Of a DNA stretch of 64,000 nucleotides, positions 45,461-54,979 are shown in pieces. Made by a program: the position numbers and the translations under genes. How positions within the stretch are numbered: the first letter of the stretch is position 1; each line of letters begins with the position of its first letter. Location: the IMG/VR virus record IMGVR_UViG_3300029288_004596, positions 1-64,000 of that record; one strand, given 5' to 3'. This stretch comes from a virus. Taxonomy: Duplodnaviria; Caudoviricetes. Below the pieces are notes generated by a model. The model was not told the origin of the DNA, made no database searches, and saw only the letters and a list, made by a program, of their open reading frames with translations.

Positions 45461-45933
45461 AAATTCTTTAGAATCTCCCCTAGAGCCTTTACCTCTCTTA
45501 TCTCTTTTGGAGGCAGAGGTTTGTATAGTGGCTCATTTACAAGTTTATCTGACAAAGTCTTAAACACAGTCCCTATGTCCATTCTGGTGGCAGGGTCTGT
45601 GGTGTTATAAGTCTTGGCTATTTCCAGTACAGCCTGTACTAATGGAGTGTAGATCTTCAGCCAGGCTGGGTTGAGTTTATAATCATTGATAGTTATGTTA
45701 TTTAGATTAGTGGTGGTTACATTCTTTGAGGAGTTGGAGTACTGGATATTGGAATCAAAAGTTATCTGGTTATTGGCAGAATCCAGTATAATAGCGCAGT
45801 CCCCGGCCTGCAACACAGCACACCCATCGTCCCTGAGGTCCAGCCTTACTCCTGATTTCTGGTTGACAAAGCTTATCTGTTCTTCAGACGCATACTGTTT
45901 TTCTCTGGTTAAAGTCTCTAAGTCCTTTGTCAT
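45457..45933 (-). CDS. Putative baseplate spike-associated protein
   Basis: Short beta-strand repeats (GVRLDLRDDG.AVL.AG..IILD); position between spike-like and gp25-like genes. Confidence 0.5.
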   Translation of the reverse strand: MTKDLETLTREKQYASEEQISFVNQKSGVRLDLRDDGCAVLQAGDCAIILDSANNQITFDSNIQYSNSSKNVTTTNLNNITINDYKLNPAWLKIYTPLVQAVLEIAKTYNTTDPATRMDIGTVFKTLSDKLVNEPLYKPLPPKEIREVKALGEILKNL

Positions 45934-46292
45934 GGGACAACTATCCTCTTGTCAGTGGCTGTGGGTCTGTTGACATTCCTCAGAGCTTCTTTAGTAATTT
46001 CTGGATGTAGATCAAACACTCCTGTTATAACTGCCTTGCCTATATCTCCATCTATGAAGGATATGGAAACTCCCATTCCTATTCTGGGATTTCTAATCTT
46101 TCCGGATGTCCCATCTGTGGGCCATGGAACTCTTATCTTTCTCTGTCCAGCCACAGTTCTGGAGTTGATCAGCACATCCACCATGCCCTCGGGGGATAGT
46201 GGCACATCCACTATTATCCCATGGGCTCCAGTGGGAAAAGCGTCCAGCGCTTCTCTTGTTCTCTGATCAATTATATCTGAAAACTTAGACAT
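45930..46292 (-). CDS. Putative baseplate spike (gpV-like OB-fold) protein
   Basis: VPW...PRIGMGVSISFIDGDIGKAVITG motif typical of gpV/gp5 OB domains. Confidence 0.65.
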   Translation of the reverse strand: MSKFSDIIDQRTREALDAFPTGAHGIIVDVPLSPEGMVDVLINSRTVAGQRKIRVPWPTDGTSGKIRNPRIGMGVSISFIDGDIGKAVITGVFDLHPEITKEALRNVNRPTATDKRIVVP

Positions 46293-46303
46293 CTTATCCT
46301 CGT

Positions 46304-46318
46304 TATATATTATAGCCT
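46304..46318 (-). promoter_or_regulatory. Candidate phage (late) promoter AGGCTATAATATATA
   Basis: 15-nt exact match to 54942-54956, just upstream of the GAGGA SD of the spike gene. Confidence 0.6.
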
Positions 46319-49300
46319 AGTAGTTAGGGCGAGCATACCAGGATATCCTGCTGGCCTGGCTCTGCAGGGTTCTGGATATCTGGACGTTGCCATTAAGGCA
46401 CTCGTTAAGATATAGGTCTCCCTCTGAGTTTCTGCACACCATAGCGAAGTGCTGTTTGGAAGTTCTGTAATCCAGGGCTATAATATCCCCAGGTTCCAGT
46501 TCATTTGCGCTGGGATACCATTTCTTGTAGCATCTGTCGGAGGCGGCTGTTATCCTGCTGTCTCCCACATCAATGAGTTTTCCACTCTTGTCTTTGGCTC
46601 CCATGACTTTGAGGAGTTGGGTGACATAGTCCCCACAGTCCCCTTCAACCCAGTTTCTCCCATCAAGTCTTTTGTCCAAAGTTGTGGTGAACATTCCCAC
46701 TTCTTTCTTTCCAGAGGTATATGTTCCTAATCGGGGAGCCGCTGGTCTCTGGGGCCCAAGCATCTTAGCTGCGGCAACCTCCCCTCCAGGGAGTCCGCTG
46801 GCCTCTTCATAGTTTATGTCGAACTCATACTCTGGGACGTCAACTCCCACTCCAAATAAAGTAAAGGCCACTGCCCCTTTCAGGAAATCCTTAGTGAAGA
46901 TGCCTCCCAGTCCATAGCTTTCCTGAGCTCTGCTCCAGCCTTCCATCATTCCCTGATTAAGACTGAACTGAGATATTATACTGTCCCAGTATCCTTGGTG
47001 ATCCCCAACTACGCAACCCATGTGTCCATCTATGCCAGCCACCAGTTTTCTTCCCTTGAAAGAAAGAGGAAACAGGATAATGCACTGTCTTCTTATAAGA
47101 TATCTGCCAATCCAGTCAGCTATAGAGTTAGCCACAGCAAACCATATGCCAGCCTTGGTCAGCATCTTGGTTATAGAACCTCTTCTGATATTGCCTAGCC
47201 ACTTGATAGTTCCGCCTCTTATGGCTTGGGCAGACATAGCGTAAACTTCTTCCACTTCCTTAAGTTTTGTGGAAGCTCCTTCAAGAACTTCTTGGGCTGT
47301 CATCATATCTTTGTAGGTTTTAGAGGCTCTAACTGTGGCTTCCGCCGCCTCTGTGGCAGTCTGTTTTCTAGCCACATCTATAACATCCATTGTCTGGAAT
47401 TTAGATTCCTTAGGCAGAGTCTTGGCTCTTAAAGTCTCTACCTTCTTGGAGGCTTTGAGATAAGCCTCATTGGCTTCAGTGTAAGCTTTCCTTGCTGGTT
47501 CCACATCCCTGCCTGTCTGCTGCAGTCTATATAACTTGGCTGCGGTGGACTCATTGGCCGCTAAGGCTTCTTCCTGTTCTTGTATAGTCTTGGTTACATC
47601 ATCTAGCTTCTTTTGCCGATATCTGGCCTTGTTGTATAAACTCTTGGCCTCTTTCTTAGTCTCATCTATTTTCTTCTGGGTCTTCAGGGTTGTGATCTTT
47701 TTCTTCTTAGCAATCCGTTCCTTATCCAGTGTGTCTATGTCTTTTTTTATGTTCTCAGCCACGCTCTTAAGTTTTGATATCTCATTCTTCTGGGTGGCTA
47801 GGGTTTCTATTTCTTTGCCATGTTTAGCTACTAGTCTTCCTATCCTGGTATTCTCTAAGGAAGTCTCCAGTCTATCCCAGAAGTTAGCCACAAAGTCCCA
47901 TACATCAGCTATAGACTCATGTTTGCTTAGGAACTCGCTGAGGCTGGACAGGTTCTTTTCGTTGGACACATATGTCTTAAGCACTTCCCCAATCTTGCCA
48001 TCCGCTATTAGCTTAGTGAACCATTCATCCACCACATCCACAGCCTTGGAGCCTTTGGCCTGTATCTTGAATAACAGTTTTTCCATGGACTCATAGGACT
48101 TGGATCCTTTATAAATTTCTTTCAGATTTCCCATAGTGGCTTTGTAGATAGCGTCCTTGACAGATAGTCCCAAAGTTTTTAGCTCCTGGGAACCCTTGGC
48201 GTCTATCTTTATAAGGAGAGTAAGTAAGGCCTTCCCCAACGCTTCTTGGTTTAGTTGAACAGCGTAAGAAGTCACCAGTCCTCTCAGAGCCATTCCTCCA
48301 GCTATCTTTCTCCCCAGCTGTCCATACCAAGCTATGCCTAGCTGGTCCTGAGCATCTGTGGCTGAAGCCATAATATCTGGGGACACTGTGGAGACTAACC
48401 CAAACTCTGAAGAGAGGTGGTGGGTCACTTCCTTGACCTCTATAGTTCCATGCATGTCTATATGGGTATCTGAAAGATAAATCCTATCATAAGGTTTTAT
48501 GGAGGGGTCTCCCATTATTACCAGGTGCCCATCATACATATCCTTAAGAGCTGTTTTCAGAGAACCCACAGCATAGTTGTTGTCTGGTTTCCTAGTAGTC
48601 CAGCCTATGAATCTGGCTATATCCCACTGTTCTATTCCTTCTATAACATCTTGCGTTTGAGTGGAATATAATCCACTCTTTATGTACATCATCCTCTGGT
48701 ACTCTGGGAATATATCTGTATCCAGGAACCAGGGTTCAGTCCAGTACTGGTGGTTGTCTGTGGTAAACCAGGAGTTGGAGGTTCCCCCAGCCATGCATCC
48801 AGTGTATACCTCAGCGTTAGTTCTTATCTTGTTAGCTATTAGGTTATGCTCTGAGGAGATTATATGGAACTGGGAGAAGGGTTTCCAGTACATTAACTTT
48901 TCAGGGAACTTGCTTATGTCTATATCTTCAGGATTCTTTACTAGACCTTTCATTTCTGAGGTCATGGCTTTTCTAGATGCGGCAAGTATATCAGCTCTAT
49001 ACTCATAGTATACTGGCCAATAAGGCCTGCCATAGAACAAGGTGCTTCTCAATTCAAAGGGATGCACTGCCGCCACATAGTCCATGGTTACCTTGGCGCA
49101 GGTGTCTATAACCTTCCAAGGTGTAGCCTCATCCATCTTTATCCCTATCAGGGATTCAGTGGAGAATCCTCTGCATAGTCCCAGCACATCCAATCTTGTC
49201 CAGAGACTAGACTCTGCGTTAGCCACATCACTTTCCATGCCTTGAGGATCAGCCCTGTAGATGTTGACTCCTATTTCCTGAGTGTGCTTATCCATGGTGG

Positions 49301-52300
49301 CGTAGCTGACTGAGCCGAAGTGGGAGATGCCATAGGGGTTATCATGTCTATACCCACCCTTAGTCACCAGTTCCACTAGTCCTATGGGGGACATAACTTT
49401 GTTTATTATTTCTCTGGGTTCCATAGCACATCCCAGGATAGAGTGACTCTTATAGGAACCTTCCGACATGACGTTGGTCAGTTCTCTACCATCAGATAAA
49501 GCCACCACAGTCAGGTTTTCTTCCTGAGCCGGCTGTTCTGTGATAGTGCCATTGAAGACTACAGGGAGTCTATTACTATTGCTGCCATAGCCAATTCTGA
49601 TATGGACTCGGGCTCCTGGCCTCAGCAGGAGTCTGTTGGCATGCATGCTCCACTGTTCCAGGTAATCAGATGGGGATGGGAAGAGTCCTTGTATGATTCC
49701 TTCTATTATATAGTCGAGACCCCACTTGTAGTTTATCCCTGGAACCATTGGGTTCTCTACTGGAAGACCTGAGAGTCTGCCAAATATATTAGAGAAGCCT
49801 ATGACAGCTGTGTCTATAGGACCTTTCCTGGTCTTGTGTATCTCTATGGACTGCACGGCATTCATCCCATAAAACTTATCATAGAGTCTCCAGAACCTCA
49901 GCCATCTCCCCTCATCCACCAGGAGCAGACAGTAGGTGGGGAATGCTCTCACCAGTCTCCCTACATTGGAGTAGTTCCTCATGTCATAGAGCATATCCAG
50001 CCCATCTTCTCTTAGGAACATCTCGTCTATGGGGAACATCTTGGCTCCCGGCATCTCAGGTTTAGGAGTCTTTCTCAGTTTTTCTTCCTGTCTTTTAGCC
50101 AGAGCCATCTGAGGGACAGAGGTTGTGACATCCACATGGCCTTCCTTAAATCCAAAAGGAGATCTCCCATAGTTTACCGGGATTAAGGTTTCTTCTTTTG
50201 TCTCTTTGGTCTTTAACAGTCCCTTGGCTTTGTCTATGTAGTTTTTAGTTTCGTTGGGAACCTGGGACCTCACAGCTTCCAGCAAACTTTGTTCTGTGGC
50301 TGTGTTGGAAAGATTATCAGTTATTATTCTTTTGACTCTGGTGTCCCCGCAGTTGTAGGCTGCCATGGCCATTATCCAGCACTCATCACTGTCTTTGGGT
50401 ATTCTTCTGCCAGCAGCTTCCCAGACCATGTCTCTTTTCATAGTCAGGTAAGCTAATGACAGATCTGCTGCCATCAAGGGGTCCAGTCTAGGATCGTTGG
50501 GGTCCACTTCGCTCTTGGAGGAATAACCGCTTTTAGTGGAGTAGGAGAGTCTGGAACTTCCCTTAGTGTAGGTTCCTCCACTTCCGCTTTCCACAAAGTT
50601 GTACTTGCCGCTGTACTTTAGGGCAGTGGATAGAGCGCTGTTGCCTAGCTGCCCTAGGCCTATATTATTGTTATGAGTTCCATTGACTACGGTAGAGGCT
50701 CCGCCTTCTATGGATAGCATTACTTTAGCCGGACCCTCAGGCACTCCCCTTTGTTTGATCACTTCATTGAGGTCTTTGGCCTGCAGTCCTATGCTATTGG
50801 CTGCTGTCTCTATGTCTTTGCTGACATTGCTTGTGGAGCTCTCCATATCGGCTTTTATTTTCTTATACTCTTCTTCGTAGTATCCTATCTGAGCTTGGCA
50901 CTTCTCATCAGGTTTCCATTTCCCATTGAAATCCAGGGTGGCTTTGGCTTTGGTAGCGTCTATGAGATTAGAGGTTATCTTAGTTTTGTTCTTCTTGCCA
51001 GCATCATCCCAAGAGAGTTCATCTATTAGTTTCTTTCCAAAGGATACCCATGGAGAACAGTAGAAGTCTGGGTCCACATAGGCGTTAGCGGCGTTGTAAG
51101 TTAGCCTCCCTTCCTTATCAGTGATGCTTGGGAGCAGATACTCTCTTATCTCCTGAGCGGTCCACCTTTCGTCATAGCCCTGTTCCATCATGGTTTGCAT
51201 CCAGACAAAGAGTTCCTTGTATGTGGGGAGTTTCATATCTGGATAAAGTTCCAAGGTTCTCAGTTTGGAGTGCAGTTGTTCAGCTCTGATGGCATGATTG
51301 GATGGGTCATCTGTGGTTCTCTGCAAACCTTCCATGGTATTGCCATACCAGTTTGGGTCATCCATGGGCTTGAGGTTTTCCCTGGAGTTGTTCTCATTTT
51401 CAAACTTCACAAAAGCCAGTTCAAATTTGTGTTCTCCTGGAAATCCTGGCTGAGTCTGTATGGAGCAGTTTATAGGCAGTAGGGAGTCTATTCCTAGTAT
51501 AGCCGCTAGCTCATTGGATATTCTCAGGTAACCTGGATAACCAGTATCTGTTCCAATGCCCTTGCCCTGGTAGGTCCTAACCAGGTAAGTTAGTTTCTCC
51601 ATCATCTGTTTTAGTTTCTTGGCCGCTTCGTCAGATTCCAGGGAACCTGATATTGTGAACACAACGTCCCCAGTCCCCATGCACTGCATAGCCCCTACTT
51701 CATTTCCCTGAGTCTCATGCTTTACTATCTTAGGAGCCATCCCAGCGTTTATCTGTTCTGGTATAAGACCTTCTATTTCTATAGACTCATACTTTATGTC
51801 TTCCATTTCTTTTAGTTTGGTCTGGTATCTATTAGTGGCTTCCTTTAGTTTGTCTTCTCCCTCTCCCTTTTTAGCGTAGGTCTCCACGCCTTTTTTCAGG
51901 ATATTGAAAGCTCCTTTATTGTCGTTTACCTCTTTAAGGTCTACTTCTACCCAGTAAACAGCATGGGATAATCTGAATAGAGTGTTCTGGTCTGCTGTTG
52001 TAGTGGAGGCTCCAGTCCTCCCCAACACTGATTGACCCATAGGAACTGCTACAGCATCCAGGTCTTTCCATAAAGTTTCTAGTTCTGAGTCTGTGAGTTT
52101 AGCGTTGGTGATCTCTAGCTTGCCATGTTTGTCTTTCTTATATCTTAGTCCAGTCTCAGAACTATAGTATACATCGTTTAGGTTTCTGCTAGTGCCACTG
52201 TACACATTCTTTATGGCTCCCTGGGTGTGCAGCAGCTGCAGCCAGTGAGGAGATGTCACTTTCACTATGACTCCCTTTTCCTTGACAGACTTAGTGGTGA

Positions 52301-53951
52301 CAGTAACTTCTCTGGATCTTTCAGCTGGATCTGCCAGAGTCCCTGGACCCACAACTACAGTCTTCTCTTCCATATAGGTTTCTTCTGGAAGTTCTAGTAG
52401 TGAACCATCAAAGATTCCGCCAGCGCTGTCACCCTCTGTGACTGGGAGGTTTAACGCGCTATAGCCAGTGGACTTGCCATTGAGATAGTCATACATGGAA
52501 GCTATTGTCTGGGCGTCGGCTATCCTCTTCTTTATAATGTCTATAGGCCTATAGAGTTCTTCCACTGTAGTCATGGCCTGCAGATACTCTTCTGTGGGAA
52601 TATAGAACCTTAGGTCTCCTGTAAACTGAGTCTTTCTTGTTTCCAGGCTGGGTTCCAATCCCAAAGTATTGGTCTTGGAGTCACACCACTTCATGAACAA
52701 CGGATAACAGAAGGAAGAGTCAAAGCTGGGACAACCCTGTATATACTGCTGCCAGTCAAACTTCTCAGCCTGCAGGGTCACTTCCAGCATGTTAGGATAG
52801 TTGGGAACTGTGGCTACCTGAAGACCATAGATAGCTATTGCGTCTATATCGTAGGTGTTGTTTAGCAAATCATTTTCTATTGGCAGGAAAGGAGTGTGTT
52901 CTACCATCCTTATCAGTGGAAGGAGAGAATTATTTATAGATGGGCCATCTGGCATAATAAACCTCATGGTTATGCTTTGCTCTGTGTGCCCAAATCCCTT
53001 GGCGATAGATCCCGCCGCTCTGAGCAGGGGCATCATCTCTACCTGAGACTTATTGCCAAAGACTATATCCTCTGGGGGAACATCCAGAACAGCGTATCCA
53101 ATCCTGGTGTAGCCTAGACTTTCTCTCATGCTGACTTCATCTTCTGTTTCCCTGAATGGTATGGGAGGAGCCAGGTACTCAGGTTCTGACTCAAAGATCT
53201 CAGACCAGTCAGTTTCCCCAATTTCAGTGACATCGTTTAATATCTTGTTTATAGTATGGGGTTCTTCTACCTTAGGATCTGCGGCTTTGTCCAACAACTG
53301 TTGGATATTCTCTACGTTCTTGTCTATGCCATTAGAGTGTTTAGAGTCCAGATTCTCCTGGAAGGAAAGGTTACTAGCAGTCTGCCCTCTGTTTATGCTC
53401 CCAGCGACTGACTCATTTAGAGCTTTGTTTGTCTTATCTATTCTATCTGTGGTATCTAAGTAGGACGCGTACAAGGTGCTGGCTTTAAATGGAGTCTTCT
53501 TGACTACAGGATCAGGGGGGAACAGCCTGAGGGAAGATTCTATGGCTTGGTCTCTTTCGCTCTTTGCATTAAACCTTTCAGTCTCATTCTGGTAGGAGTA
53601 CTCTATCATCCTGTTCCCGAGCTGATTGGTTGTGATAGATAGATTTATCTTTTTCTTATCAGTTTCTGGTATTTCCTTTAGGAGATTCTCAGTAGCTCTC
53701 TGAACATTGCAAGCCTTGACAGTCAGGTTTCTAGTGTGGGAGTCTGTAGTGGGAGGCAGGTTAGCCAGACTCTTATTCTTTATAAGTCCATGGTTTCCAT
53801 CATCTGTCAGGGTTACCACTACCAGGTCTTCTGACACTACAGGAGGAATATCTGTGGGCGTGAATCTGCAGACAGATCCGTCCCCTATCAAGGTTATCTC
53901 CTGAGCCGCAGGCCCATTTCTTTTAGTTACCAGTCCTAAGGCTTTCTTCAA
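46317..53951 (-). CDS. 2544-aa baseplate hub / tail lysin with lytic transglycosylase (SLT) and C-terminal NlpC/P60 domains
   Basis: SLT motifs SIEGG, GLGQL, AAYNCG, ETKNYI; hub motifs RVHIRIGYG..VVFNGTI and IMGDPSIKPYDRIYL; coiled-coil; GDCGDYV..PGDII..HFAMV..NE. Confidence 0.8.
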   Translation of the reverse strand: MKKALGLVTKRNGPAAQEITLIGDGSVCRFTPTDIPPVVSEDLVVVTLTDDGNHGLIKNKSLANLPPTTDSHTRNLTVKACNVQRATENLLKEIPETDKKKINLSITTNQLGNRMIEYSYQNETERFNAKSERDQAIESSLRLFPPDPVVKKTPFKASTLYASYLDTTDRIDKTNKALNESVAGSINRGQTASNLSFQENLDSKHSNGIDKNVENIQQLLDKAADPKVEEPHTINKILNDVTEIGETDWSEIFESEPEYLAPPIPFRETEDEVSMRESLGYTRIGYAVLDVPPEDIVFGNKSQVEMMPLLRAAGSIAKGFGHTEQSITMRFIMPDGPSINNSLLPLIRMVEHTPFLPIENDLLNNTYDIDAIAIYGLQVATVPNYPNMLEVTLQAEKFDWQQYIQGCPSFDSSFCYPLFMKWCDSKTNTLGLEPSLETRKTQFTGDLRFYIPTEEYLQAMTTVEELYRPIDIIKKRIADAQTIASMYDYLNGKSTGYSALNLPVTEGDSAGGIFDGSLLELPEETYMEEKTVVVGPGTLADPAERSREVTVTTKSVKEKGVIVKVTSPHWLQLLHTQGAIKNVYSGTSRNLNDVYYSSETGLRYKKDKHGKLEITNAKLTDSELETLWKDLDAVAVPMGQSVLGRTGASTTTADQNTLFRLSHAVYWVEVDLKEVNDNKGAFNILKKGVETYAKKGEGEDKLKEATNRYQTKLKEMEDIKYESIEIEGLIPEQINAGMAPKIVKHETQGNEVGAMQCMGTGDVVFTISGSLESDEAAKKLKQMMEKLTYLVRTYQGKGIGTDTGYPGYLRISNELAAILGIDSLLPINCSIQTQPGFPGEHKFELAFVKFENENNSRENLKPMDDPNWYGNTMEGLQRTTDDPSNHAIRAEQLHSKLRTLELYPDMKLPTYKELFVWMQTMMEQGYDERWTAQEIREYLLPSITDKEGRLTYNAANAYVDPDFYCSPWVSFGKKLIDELSWDDAGKKNKTKITSNLIDATKAKATLDFNGKWKPDEKCQAQIGYYEEEYKKIKADMESSTSNVSKDIETAANSIGLQAKDLNEVIKQRGVPEGPAKVMLSIEGGASTVVNGTHNNNIGLGQLGNSALSTALKYSGKYNFVESGSGGTYTKGSSRLSYSTKSGYSSKSEVDPNDPRLDPLMAADLSLAYLTMKRDMVWEAAGRRIPKDSDECWIMAMAAYNCGDTRVKRIITDNLSNTATEQSLLEAVRSQVPNETKNYIDKAKGLLKTKETKEETLIPVNYGRSPFGFKEGHVDVTTSVPQMALAKRQEEKLRKTPKPEMPGAKMFPIDEMFLREDGLDMLYDMRNYSNVGRLVRAFPTYCLLLVDEGRWLRFWRLYDKFYGMNAVQSIEIHKTRKGPIDTAVIGFSNIFGRLSGLPVENPMVPGINYKWGLDYIIEGIIQGLFPSPSDYLEQWSMHANRLLLRPGARVHIRIGYGSNSNRLPVVFNGTITEQPAQEENLTVVALSDGRELTNVMSEGSYKSHSILGCAMEPREIINKVMSPIGLVELVTKGGYRHDNPYGISHFGSVSYATMDKHTQEIGVNIYRADPQGMESDVANAESSLWTRLDVLGLCRGFSTESLIGIKMDEATPWKVIDTCAKVTMDYVAAVHPFELRSTLFYGRPYWPVYYEYRADILAASRKAMTSEMKGLVKNPEDIDISKFPEKLMYWKPFSQFHIISSEHNLIANKIRTNAEVYTGCMAGGTSNSWFTTDNHQYWTEPWFLDTDIFPEYQRMMYIKSGLYSTQTQDVIEGIEQWDIARFIGWTTRKPDNNYAVGSLKTALKDMYDGHLVIMGDPSIKPYDRIYLSDTHIDMHGTIEVKEVTHHLSSEFGLVSTVSPDIMASATDAQDQLGIAWYGQLGRKIAGGMALRGLVTSYAVQLNQEALGKALLTLLIKIDAKGSQELKTLGLSVKDAIYKATMGNLKEIYKGSKSYESMEKLLFKIQAKGSKAVDVVDEWFTKLIADGKIGEVLKTYVSNEKNLSSLSEFLSKHESIADVWDFVANFWDRLETSLENTRIGRLVAKHGKEIETLATQKNEISKLKSVAENIKKDIDTLDKERIAKKKKITTLKTQKKIDETKKEAKSLYNKARYRQKKLDDVTKTIQEQEEALAANESTAAKLYRLQQTGRDVEPARKAYTEANEAYLKASKKVETLRAKTLPKESKFQTMDVIDVARKQTATEAAEATVRASKTYKDMMTAQEVLEGASTKLKEVEEVYAMSAQAIRGGTIKWLGNIRRGSITKMLTKAGIWFAVANSIADWIGRYLIRRQCIILFPLSFKGRKLVAGIDGHMGCVVGDHQGYWDSIISQFSLNQGMMEGWSRAQESYGLGGIFTKDFLKGAVAFTLFGVGVDVPEYEFDINYEEASGLPGGEVAAAKMLGPQRPAAPRLGTYTSGKKEVGMFTTTLDKRLDGRNWVEGDCGDYVTQLLKVMGAKDKSGKLIDVGDSRITAASDRCYKKWYPSANELEPGDIIALDYRTSKQHFAMVCRNSEGDLYLNECLNGNVQISRTLQSQASRISWYARPNY

Positions 53952-54901
53952 AATGCGTACCCCTTTGTAAGGTCATTTACAAACATCTCATCTATCCTCG
54001 CTTTGTCCATAGGGACATCAGCGTAGTTTATATTTATATTCATGTTGGGAGTAGCCATGGGATCCTCTTTAGTCTCCTCGCTTACGCTCATGCTCTCCTG
54101 TTTCTTTTTATACTGGATATTGCTGGTCACATTATCAAAGGCTCGTCCTATAGCTTTTAGACCTACGCTCATCCCAAACCACAAGGGAATGGATAGCAAT
54201 GGTCCTATGGCCATCCTGCCGCTCATCTTTAGTTTATCTTTCAAGGCTGAGTCTATGGCATCTCCCACTATGTCATGGGCCATGCCTCTCCATTCCCTGG
54301 CTTTCTCTACAGCTAAGGGATACTTGGAGAGTTTAGGTTTCTCCAGCCACCCAGCCATTGTATCCAGGACTTTAGATACAGTTCCCTTAGTAGTTTTGTT
54401 AGTTCCAAGGTATATCCCAGCCCTTCCGCCCAAGTAATCGGCTATTGGGTCTGTTATAGCAAAGGCTAACCCACCTATCTTTTCCTCATAGTTCTTGCCT
54501 ATAGCTAAGGAGACTACTCCTGAACCAAAGGCCGCATAGTATCTGCCCATGATAGAAGCGCTGACCCCAGACTTATATATGGCCCCTATCTTATCCATGA
54601 GGGCTCCCTCAGTTCTCATATAAGTCTTGATAGCGTCTATCCCCATGTATCCCCCAAAGATAGCTAGTCCTGAGAATGGGACCATGTACTCTGTGGGGTG
54701 CAGGATAGCTTCTGTGGTGGTGTCTACTCTTTCAGTGGCTAGGGTCTTCAGCACATCTGTGGTAGACTGATGCTTATATGGCAGTCTCCACTTTTCTTTA
54801 AAGTGCTGACCTACTTGGGATTCCAAGTTCTGGTGATACGAGTTTATCTGTCCACCCTTGGATACTATATGTGAATAATATGAGTCTTGGGGATTATACA
54901 T
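53948..54901 (-). CDS. Hypothetical protein with hydrophobic Gly/Ala-rich helices (tape-measure/ejection-like)
   Basis: Several hydrophobic helices; ATGA-coupled to the hub gene; C-terminus resembles that of 56949..62378. Confidence 0.55.
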   Translation of the reverse strand: MYNPQDSYYSHIVSKGGQINSYHQNLESQVGQHFKEKWRLPYKHQSTTDVLKTLATERVDTTTEAILHPTEYMVPFSGLAIFGGYMGIDAIKTYMRTEGALMDKIGAIYKSGVSASIMGRYYAAFGSGVVSLAIGKNYEEKIGGLAFAITDPIADYLGGRAGIYLGTNKTTKGTVSKVLDTMAGWLEKPKLSKYPLAVEKAREWRGMAHDIVGDAIDSALKDKLKMSGRMAIGPLLSIPLWFGMSVGLKAIGRAFDNVTSNIQYKKKQESMSVSEETKEDPMATPNMNININYADVPMDKARIDEMFVNDLTKGYAF

Positions 54902-54906
54902 GGCGC

Positions 54907-54936
54907 AAAAAAAGTCCCTCTAGAAAAGAGAGACTT
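54907..54936 (-). terminator. Intrinsic terminator downstream of the DNA polymerase
   Basis: AAGTCTCTCT...AGAGGGACTT stem followed by a T run. Confidence 0.75.
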
Positions 54937-54937
54937 A

Positions 54938-54956
54938 TCACTATATATTATAGCCT
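54938..54956 (-). promoter_or_regulatory. Candidate phage (late) promoter AGGCTATAATATATAGTGA
   Basis: Repeated at 46304-46318 (15 nt) and 18858-18874 (17 nt). Confidence 0.6.
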
Positions 54957-54979
54957 TAGATTAAGGATATCCTTAGAGG

